From the NCBI RefSeq assembly GCF_001194135.2, contig NC_068996.1, positions 6,175,983 through 6,226,109 on the forward strand: DNA of 50,127 bases, given 5' to 3'. Position 1 is the stretch's first letter; each line of letters begins with the position of its first letter. Below are positions 1 to 29,939 of this stretch, one piece after another. The notes under the pieces are model-generated. The model worked only from the letters and a program-made list of their open reading frames with translations, was not told the origin of the DNA and did no database searches. The translations under genes and the position numbers were made by a program. The DNA comes from Octopus bimaculoides. Taxonomy: Eukaryota.

Positions 1-296
1 AACCCAAACTGCATCTCATCTAAATTGATTCGCTCCCTAATTAGTTGGGCTATGACCCTCTCTGTAACTTTCATAACCTGATCTAACAGCTTGATGCCTC
101 TGTAATTATTTGTATCTAAAGCGTCACCTTTACCTTTGTAGCAGTTGACTATGATGCTGCTACACCAGTCATTGGGTATGACTCCTTCGTGTATCACCTG
201 GTTCGTAATACGGGTGACTAGGCTATAGCCAACACTGCCAGATATTTTGAGCATCTCTGCAGTGATTCCTGATGGGCCGGGGGCTTTCCCGGTCTT
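1..296 (-). mobile_element. RTE-clade LINE reverse transcriptase fragment (runs off the window edge)
   Basis: Minus-strand translation KTGKAPGPSGITAEMLK...IPNDWCSSIIVNCYKGKGDALDTNNYRGIKLL...(frameshift)..LDEMQFG, typical of LINE RT domains 0-2. Confidence 0.9.
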
Positions 297-1446
297 ATAT
301 ATATAAACAGAATGCAACTTGAAATTTTGGAAAAAATTATGTCTGCCAGTCTGTATGTGTGTACTACTAACATTCCCCACCCCCTACATTAGATTCTGAT
401 ATAATCCTAATCTACACCTTTTGAATAGAACTTGTATAAAATGATATAAAAAAAAATACCCACTTTTCTTAGAGATATGAAGAAAGAAAATCAACTCGTA
501 AATTATCGCCCTACCCATTGTTCCTTTTCGTTTTACTTCTGAATTTGACATGTTACTTAGATGGGAAAACAACCAAAGAACAGTCACATTTGTAACACTT
601 TTTGGTCTGTTGTATCTGTGGTGCTCACATTCTGGGATCTTCTCAATGGTTATCCAATGCGGGTCATCCCAATGAACTGAAGTTCCACAAAACCAAAAAA
701 AATGTTTATAGTTTCTGGTTCAATCCCACTGCACTATAGCTCCAAGTCAGCCTATAGACATGTAGCAAACTCAATAGAGGTGGAGAGAGAACGTAAGTTC
801 GTTTGCCCGAACATGAGAAATTATTGATTTCTCATTGGTTAAAAATTACTGCCCATATACGAATAATGAACTTCGTTGAAGAAATCTTTCACGGGGTTAC
901 GGTTCTATGATTCGTGTATGAGTAGTTATAAAAACCCTGATTTTCGGCCAAATCTCCAGTGATCATTGGATGTTACTCAAGTCCGCGGCACTCACCCTTT
1001 TGAGTATAGGCTAATATATATGCCATGTTCAATACTCAAATCCGACAATATTGAATTGTCGTGAAACCTTATTAGTTAGAATGAGAAACTAGTTAATAAT
1101 AAATTTAAGTCGTAAAATTCTCTACGATGAAATGCTTTGTTTCTAAATTTCTATAAATGTAAAAATATGTATATAATAAATTAATGTAGAAACTTAATTC
1201 CTTTTACTTCTCGTTTCTTTCAACTTGTTGAATTTATTTCTGTATATTAATGAAACTGTATTTTTTATGTGTAACGGTCAAAAAAATATAATCTATCTCT
1301 TCAACATACATGTACGTAATAAACGCTCATTCAGCGCCTTGTCATGTATACATCATAACATTTACGCAGCCTAAACTAAACTAAGAGTTATGCTTAGTGA
1401 TAAATACTTATAATTAAGTTATAAGTAACGAGATTATCTTTCGTGT

Positions 1447-2620
1447 GTGTATTTCGTGTGCAAGATTCAGACTGAGGGGAGCGGGGGGATCGTGATGGAG
1501 GACATCCAGAATGTGGCTGGTGCAGTGCACCAGAGTATCGGGGTGGTAGTGGATTGCCCGGCAGGGCACCTGGGCATGGGACTCCCGGTGCTTGACACAG
1601 AACTTTGGCTGGAAACAGTTGGTGACAGGGTTCAAATCCTCCGCTCGCATTGTATGAAACCTGTGTCTTCAAGGTGTGTTGTCCATGGGAGTTCGGCTCT
1701 GTCGCATGGTGTGAGGGTTGATGTGTTGATGGCCGATTTGGTTGGAGTGGTGAAAAATGTGTCCCCCCTGTGTGGTCCATGGGGGGGGGCGTGTTCAAGA
1801 CTTCATGCATCGCGTGCGGTTTTCGGGGTGCAGCCAGAGAGGTGGAGTCCGGGTGTATAGGGGAGCTAGCAGGAAATTTGGGGAGATTGTTGTCGGGGAT
1901 ACAGACGGAACACAACCTAGATACCATGGCAAACAGTGGAATAGACTACAAGGGATTAGTGACAAAACAAATAGAAAGAGCGCATAGTACAGTGCCAACA
2001 AGTTCCGGGGAGTAGTGTTTGTGGACGCCGCGCCACGCAGAGAGCTGGCCCGCAGATTTCGAAAAATCCTCAAAAGTGCCAAGTTGAGGATAAATGTTGT
2101 AGAAAAACCAGGGAGATCCATTAGATCAATGGTGTGTGGANNNNNNNNNNNNNNNNNNNNNNNNNNNNNNNNNNNNNNNNNNNNNNNNNNNNNNNNNNNN
2201 NNNNNNNNNNNNNNNNNNNNNNNNNNNNNNNNNNNNNNNNNNNNNNNNNNNNNNNNNNNNNNNNNNNNNNNNNNNNNNNNNNNNNNNNNNNNNNNNNNNN
2301 NNNNNNNNNNNNNNNNNNNNNNNNNNNNNNNNNNNNNNNNNNNNNNNNNNNNNNNNNNNNNNNNNNNNNNNNNNNNNNNNNNNNNNNNNNNNNNNNNNNN
2401 NNNNNNNNNNNNNNNNNNNNNNNNNNNNNNNNNNNNNNNNNNNNNNNNNNNNNNNNNNNNNNNNNNNNNNNNNNNNNNNNNNNNNNNNNNNNNNNNNNNN
2501 NNNNNNNNNNNNNNNNNNNNNNNNNNNNNNNNNNNNNNNNNNNNNNNNNGTGTTGTTCGCACGTGTGATGCGGAGTATGAACGTGGATGGATAAATTTGG
2601 ATTTAGAAAGGGAGGAAAAA
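1447..2620 (+). mobile_element. Penelope-like retroelement fragment (RT C-terminus and linker towards GIY-YIG), frameshifted, interrupted by an N-gap
   Basis: Frame at 1447: ..HQSIGVVVDCP..LPVLDTELW..HCMKPVSS..SAL..VKNVSP; frame at 1757/2015: VQDFMHRVRFSGCS..QPRYHGKQW..VFVDAAP..ELARRF..INVVEKPGRSIRSM. These resemble PLE motifs (HxSIQVTVDxP, LPxLD, YMKxVSS, MQxSGY, PLYR, FVxxTP, VVExxG). One frameshift near the G9 run at 1781-1789 and a TAG at 1985-1987. Confidence 0.8.
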
Positions 2621-2845
2621 AAAAAAAGAAAAAAGGGAAAGGGTCTCTGTCTGATCTGATGTGGACGAAATTGTTGCGGACACGCATGTGGACGCACATG
2701 CTTGCGTGTAGGCACGAACACATAAGTGCGTGCACACATATGAGCGTGCACACATACGAGCTTGCACACACTCACATGCTCATACCGAACAGTTTCGAAA
2801 CAACGCCAGATCATACATTCAAAATAAATGGAAGTGGAGAGACAA

Positions 2846-2886
2846 GTTACTGAAGAGATTGCAAGAGTGCAATGAAATAATTTAAC
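2846..2886 (+). ncRNA. Minimal type I hammerhead ribozyme fold (Penelope pLTR type)
   Basis: gtta-CTGAAGA-g-ATTGCA-agag-TGCAAT-GAAA-taatt-taac: catalytic core, perfect 6-bp helix II, 4-bp helix I (gtta/taac), rudimentary helix III, putative AUU cleavage triplet; downstream of the PLE ORF on the same strand. Confidence 0.6.
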
Positions 2887-4260
2887 AAAAAACTATATAA
2901 ATTAATAAAGGACTGAACCAGTGTATGTGTTTATTACCGGCATAATGCCTCTCCCAAGGTTTAATTGTAACGAAATTATCATTATAGCTTTTAATTAATA
3001 AACAATAATATTCGTTATAACTTACGAATGAAAACATTATAAATAAAGATATAGTATATCTCACATTTCAACGACCTGTTGTAACAAACAACCAACATAA
3101 AAAAACTGGTGTCCGACCTGTTATACACATAAAAGACATAAGCTCCAGGTCAACCAGAAATTAAACTAAGTCTTATTAGTGCATTTTGGAGGATGGAAAC
3201 TGAAAGCCAGTTGTGTGTGTGTGTTTCATTGTCTGTTCTTCCTGCCACTGCTTGACAACCAGTGTTGGTTTGTTTATGTCTGGTAACTTAGTGATCTGCT
3301 AACAGAAACTGATAAAATAAATACTAGACCTTTAGAAAATAAATACTGAGATTAATTTGTTTGACTAAAACAACCTTTCAAGGCAGTGCCCTAGAATGGC
3401 TGCTGTGTATTGACTAAAATAAGTTAAAGAAGACCTAAAAACAGCAAATGAAATGACATTCCAATACAATTGAGTCCAAAATTAACTGGTGCACAAAAAC
3501 CCATAACTTCTTTGTATCCATGCTTTAAGAATCACAGATTATGAATCTTCAAGAATGAAAAAGAAAAGAAAAGGCTTTTATTTGGGTGGTAGCCTTTTCC
3601 CCATAAGTTTTCAGATCTGACTTCCTTCTGAAAGTTATCAGATCAATATTTTTAACACATGAAATTATGATTCCTCAAAATTATGCATAATATAAATCCT
3701 AAAAATTTTTCTAAAATGTTAAAATAAAAAATTATGGAAAATGTGTGGGGCTTCTTTCTACCTCCAATTCTTTTTATTTTAGATTTGCAATCTACAATGC
3801 TTAAAACATACAAATCGAAAGAAATTATGCTTTTTGGTACACTAGATAAATCTCTGATTGTATTCTATAGGAATGTCAAAAAACCTGAAGATTTTCTATT
3901 AAATTAATCAAAATAATGCACTATTGGATGAATGCCACCTCTTACCTTGTCCTTTCCTCTCACCTCACCCTCTATGTCACGTGATTCTTCTACTTACTTC
4001 CTCCCACCTCTCTCTTGAAGCTCACATGATTTTGTGTTTCTTTCCAGTAGGACCCAGTTTTTTTTTTTTAATACTGAGGGTGTAAAACTCTGCTGTCTTT
4101 CATTAATTTTTTTCCTTTCAACTTTTCCCTGAAGAAGGAATCTGTCCAAAACATTGGGTTTTCCTTTCTCATGGCAGGTTCATTGTACACTTTTTGTTGA
4201 TTTTACTTTACTAATACAAGTCCTACTAACACGTCTCTTTAGAATCTGTTTGCTCATACA

Positions 4261-4758
4261 TACGAGGGTGAGTCAAAAAGTAATGCCATTTTGTTTAGGA
4301 CAGGTATAATTACCAACACAGGAACATGTATCATACATCAAAATGAAGCTGGTCCTCTGTGAATCACATCCCTACTTCTCAACATAGTCACCGTTTCTCT
4401 CAATAGCAATGTTCCACCCTCAAATGAGAGTATGTATCTATGNNNNNNNNNNNNNNNNNNNNNNNNNCCTCTCAAACCCTCTTTCATGGGGCCGAAGAGA
4501 TGATAGTCCAGTGACGAGGAAGTGAAAACTATAGTGAAGAAGTGGCTCAAAGAACAGTCAACAGAATTTTACAAGGCAGGGATACATGCTCTCATTCAAA
4601 GGTGGAACATTGCTATTGAGAGAAACGCTGACTATGTTGAGAAGTAGGGATGTGATCCACAGAGGACCAGCTTCATTTTGATATATGATACATGTTCCTG
4701 TGTTGATAATTATACCTGTCCTAAACAAAATGGCATTACTTTTTGACTCACCCTCGTA
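4261..4758. mobile_element. Mariner-derived non-autonomous element with about 180-bp inverted arms and TA ends
   Basis: TACGAGGGTGAGTCAAAAAGTAATGCC at 4261 and its reverse complement ending at 4758; interior encodes the mariner C-terminus (SDEEVKTIVKKWLKEQSTEFYKAGIHALIQRWNIAIERNADYVEK*). Confidence 0.9.
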
Positions 4759-5089
4759 TATGTTGGGGGGATGTGTATTTGCTTGTGTTTCCTTGTCTTC
4801 ACGGTACACTATTGTAAATGAGTGTCACTGTCATACAAGTGGTGTTCTTTGTTTCCAATCTTTCATGAAAATATGTCTGGTCACGGGGAAATATTACCTT
4901 GTTTGGAAACAGGTGAGGAGGGTAAGGGACAAGGAGAGCATCCAGACATTGAAAATCTGCCTCAATGAACTCCATCTGACCCATGCAAGCATAGAAAAGA
5001 GGATATTAAAACAATGATGATGGCAAAGAAAGGTAGTAACAACATAAATAACAATTAGAGATTGTTAGTTTCTTATTCTTGCTAATCCA

Positions 5090-5540
5090 TCATCATCATC
5101 ATCATCGTTTAACATCTGCTTTCCATGCTAGCATGGGTTGGACGATTTGACTGAGGACTGGTGAACCAGATGGCTACACCAGGCTCCAATCTGATCTGGC
5201 AGAGTTTCTACAGCTGGATGCTCTTCCTAACGCCAACCACTCCAAGAGTGTAGTGGGTGCTTTTTATGTGCCACTGGCACGAGGGCCAGTCTGGTGGTAC
5301 TGGCAATGGCCATGCTCAAATGGTGTTTTTTATGTGCCACATGCACAGGAGCCAGTCCAGCGGCACTGGCAACGACCTCGCTTGAATGTTTTGTTCACAT
5401 GTCACCAGCACAAGTGCCAGTAAGGCGATGCTGGTAACAATCACGCTCAAATGGTGCTTTTTATGTGCCACCAGCTGCTCTGGTAGTGATTCCGCTCGGA
5501 TGGTGCTGTTAGCGCTCCACTGACACAGGTGCCACTCATC
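5090..5540 (-). mobile_element. SINE family 'C' copy with (GAT)n tail; other copies at about 7580-7745(+), 10135-10640(-), 12220-12566(+), 12646-12763(-), 12764-12938(+), 19440-19480(+), 44285-44430(+)
   Basis: Shared block aagggcatccagctgtagaaac...cccatgc(c/t)agcatggaaa(g)cggacgttaaa(c)gatgatgat recurs across the window; internal degenerate subrepeats. Boundaries approximate. Confidence 0.85.
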
Positions 5541-6126
5541 GAATTTGGTTCAGTTAATTTAATTCAAATTAATATGAAAACATTAAAAACTATTAAATAT
5601 TTTAAATTCAAATTTAAAAAAAAATTTTATTTCTAACATATTTATAATACGTAATATGAAAATATATTTTACCTGAAATATTAAAAATCTGAATAAAAGA
5701 AAATTATTCAAAATATATATTTTTCTTTTCCTTTCCTTCTCTTTTGTCTTATTTTCTTGATTTAATTTAATTTATTCAACATTAGTTATTCTATAAGAAT
5801 ATCTAATTACAGAATAATGCGAAATCCAATAATGAAATCAAATTGATATTTTTGGAAGCTAGAAGACAGTATATATTGGATTTTAGTGGAACACCAAGCA
5901 AAATATCTCAAGGTGCTTAGGTGCCATGTTGAGTTCAAATACCACCAAGGCAGACTTTGCCTGGAATTCAAATGGTTGGAGGGAGACCCCCAAAACATAC
6001 AATCAAATACTGAGATCAATTTGAATATCTGTGTGTACAGCTCCAAAAATTTGTGACCTTTTTCCAATGTTAAGGATCATTAATTTATCAGTTATTTTCT
6101 GTAAAGTAATTGCTTTTGCTGATAAA

Positions 6127-26657
<20,531 letters not shown>

Positions 26658-27664
26658 TTTGGTAGTTTCACTTAAATATTTGCAGTTAGTTCCCTTGTTT
26701 TATTTACATGTGTAAGCTTATGATTTTCATTCATTCATTCATTCATTCATAAACAAACAGTAACCTTTTCGTTATCATCATTAGGCAGCGAGCTGGCAGA
26801 ATCTTTTAACACGCCGGACAAAATGCTTTGCGACATTTCTCCCGGCTTTACGCTTTCAGTTCGAATTCCACTGAAGTCGACTTCGCCTTTTACCCTTCCA
26901 GAATCGATTAAATAAATAGGATGAGGGGGTGGGTGGGTGTTGTAAGGGTAGGGCAAAATGAGTAATTTCTGATGTCTTGTTATTTTCTCCCTATTTCCTT
27001 GAAACCATTGCAAGTACTTTTGTTTGTACTGTTGCGTCATTTTTGGGAGTCAAAATTGGACAGCATAGTTGTTGTAATTGAAGTTGAGAGATTTTGCAAC
27101 ATAGTCAGGTCACAGGGACTTTCTTTCAATTAATTTCTCCTCAAATTTGACCCAATTGTAATTGAGGTTGCTAACATACCTGGATAAGCTTTGGTGTTTA
27201 ACAATCAGTATTCTTTTCATTGCTGAATTCCAAATCAATTTCTTCCCACATTGATGTCTAATTTGATAATGTTCAATTTCCAAAAAGAAAAAAAAAAAAT
27301 GATGTCTAAACTGGGGCAAAATGAGTAATGACTAATTTTAATAATTTCTTTTCTTTAATTGCATAAGGTGTTAATATATCTGGAATAAAGTCACGCCAGC
27401 AGATAGTGAAAAAGATATCGAGAATATTTTATGATTAGTTCGACTTTGCCTTTTATCCTTTTGGGTTTGATAAAATAAGTACCAGTTGAACACTGAGATC
27501 AATGTAGTTGTGCGTAAATTCAAAACCATTATCATCATCATCATCATCATCATAGTAGTAGTAGCCTTGATGATGAAATCAATGTTAGAATAGCTAAGGC
27601 TACAAATGCTTTCTGAAAACTTTCCCATCGTTTATAGAATGAACACGGTGTCAGGTTGAAAACT

Positions 27665-27925
27665 GCTGCTGCTGGCACTCCGTCGCTTACGACGTCGAGG
27701 GTTCCAGTTGATCAACGGAACAGCCTGCTCGTGAAATTAACGCGCAAGTGGCTGAGCGTGACAAGGCTGACCCTTTGAAAATACAGGCACAACAGAAACA
27801 GGAAGTAAGAGTGAGAGAAAGTTGTGGTGAAAGAGTACAGTTAGGTGTTTTCGCTCAATAAACACTCACAACGATCCTATGACCGCGAGTCCGCTGCCCT
27901 AACCACTGGGCCATTGCGCCTCCAC
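27665..27925 (-). mobile_element. tRNA-derived SINE family 'D', internally deleted
   Basis: Minus-strand head GGCGCAATGGCCCAGTGGTTAGGGCAGCGGACTCGCGGTCATAGGATCG is tRNA-like; the expected B-box is missing. Confidence 0.7.
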
Positions 27926-27954
27926 AGGTTGAAAACTAAAATATAACTATACAA

Positions 27955-28320
27955 ATCTTCTATTTTGAGCACACTTTAGTATGGTGCAGAAGTATGGACT
28001 GCTTACTACAGAGATATAAAGAAACTTGAAACCTTTCACATATGGTGTCTGCGCAATATCTGTAACATAAAATGGCAAGATAAGATATCAAATGCTAAAA
28101 TCTTAGAAAAATGTGATATCTCCAGTATCGAAAGCATGCTGCTGAGAATCCAGTGTAGATGGATAGGACATGTTGTTCGAATGAAAGATGATCGCATTCC
28201 AAAAATTCTTTTGTATGGCCAACAAGTGGATGGATATTGTGGTAAAGGAAGACTTCTCCTTAAGGTATAAGTTGAAGCAATCATTAAAGTCTCAACAGCT
28301 TAACTTAGGGAAAGTTATTG
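27955..28320 (+). mobile_element. RTE-clade LINE C-terminal fragment
   Basis: ILSTL*YGAEVWT...KKLETFHIWCLRNICNIKWQDKISNAKILEK...RWIGHVVRMKDDRIPKILLYG. Confidence 0.9.
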
Positions 28321-28649
28321 CCCAGATCGATCTGTATGTCGTAAAATGTGTCATAAGGCATCAAAACAATTGGAGTTGAAGAAACAGAACGATAAAAGAA
28401 TTATATCCTGCAATCAACAGACACATTTGTCCAATTGAAGGCAAGATCAAAATCATCAATATCTCCATTGTGACTTCATAGCAAAATCTACATGCATCCA
28501 TCGCAAATAGATGCAGCTTCTTTTGTTCTTTTATTTTTAAGGTTGTTCTTTTTTTCTTTGTCTCACATTTTTTCATTTTCTCGCTTTTTCTTTTCTTTTT
28601 TTTTTAAATTCTCTCCTTCAAACACTCATATATTCGAAATTGACAAACA

Positions 28650-28699
28650 TCATGATGATGGTGGTAGTGGTGGTGATGATGATGATGATGATGATGATG

Positions 28700-28730
<31 letters not shown>

Positions 28731-28797
28731 CCATCGTCATCATCATCATCATCATCACCATTATTACTATTACCATTATTATTATTATTATTATTAT
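28650..28797. repeat. Compound trinucleotide array (GGT)-(GAT)n-(CAT)n-(TAT)n
   Basis: Seen directly; the (GAT)n/(CAT)n junction near 28700 is self-complementary. Confidence 0.95.
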
Positions 28798-28819
28798 CAT
28801 TATTATTATTATTATTAAT

Positions 28820-29700
28820 GAGGCTATGACATCTCCAGCGCTTCCTTGTCGGTGAACAGGTGTGGTTGTCATTTGCTAGATGCATGTTTCCCCAGCTTGT
28901 CTCCTTGATGGAGCTGCAGTCTTGGGTCAAGCAGACTGAGAGAGAGAGCACTCAGAAAGTGGAATGTTTTCAAGCACTCACTGTACTGAACCACTCGAGC
29001 ATTGCAATAGGAGGAAAATCTGCTTTAACGTTCTATAGAAGATTAGTGACGAGAAAGCACGATGACATTTTTGGGAAGAGCCTGGGCATTGAAGATGATC
29101 AACTTGCCGCTTTCTTTCAGAGAACTTTCAGCCCAGGGATAATGGATAACCTCCAGGAATCCCTGGCCTGGCAGTACTATCAGGAGATTTACTAGTTCAA
29201 GATAAACTCTATAGGCACGGAAGTGCCATCAGCTGAGCATATCCAAAATGTGTGCAGGGTGATGAAACCACCCTGTACGCACTAATCCAGTGCCTGTGCA
29301 TTGCTGACCTGTGGGTTTATGTTGAACATCCTGCTACCATGTGTAGGACGGATCCAGCTGTCAACTGAATCCATTGTGAAGATTGCCCTGCCACTTTCTT
29401 TTAACCGGGAAGGGCAGGCAGTTTTATATAACTGGTGGCCCTGGCGAAAGAGGTTGTATTGTATGTTGGATGCGGTTAGAGGTGCTGAAGACAAACACTT
29501 TCCTCTTTGGCCAATTTCTCATCAACTTCTTCAAGTTTCACTTGAAAAGGAAAATAAGAGTGGAGAGGGAAGTGTTGTCTTCCAGCCATTTTGTGGAAAA
29601 GTGGATGAGAGTAGCAAGCATGGTGCAAGTGAACTGGCCAACACTGACTATATGCGTGTAAATCGGAGCTAAAGAACTGAGAAAAAGTATCTGCCCCAGA
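28820..29700 (-). mobile_element. Possible heavily decayed C-terminus of an RLE-type non-LTR retrotransposon
   Basis: Frameshifted minus-strand pieces YI-NCLPFPVKRKW and SVLHMVAGC..HRHWISAY resemble the CCHC zinc-knuckle region of R2-group elements; higher GC than the flanks. Weak. Confidence 0.3.
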
Positions 29701-29939
29701 AGTCAGGACACACATGGCTTTATGGGGTTTTTCCATGAGCAGCCCTCAAACATTTCCTCCCTATTGAGGGATACTCATTGTAAAAATGTATTTTATTTTA
29801 TCTGTTTTTTTGTTAAACCTGTTTACACATCAACACACATGCACACACACAAACATACACACAATGTTCTGTCCTGTGCTGTCCTTAATGTTTTTCTTAA
29901 TGTAATAAAAAGAAAAAAAATCATCATCATTGTCATCAC

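Noticed and set aside
1394-1927. 177-aa Pro/His/Ser-rich minus-strand ORF as a gene
   Set aside because: Antisense shadow of the G-rich Penelope fragment; its composition follows from the G excess on the plus strand.
28492-28951. Poly-His, poly-Asp, poly-Asn and poly-Ile ORFs; likewise poly-His at 10135 and (ER)n at 11659
   Set aside because: Direct translations of trinucleotide and dinucleotide microsatellites.
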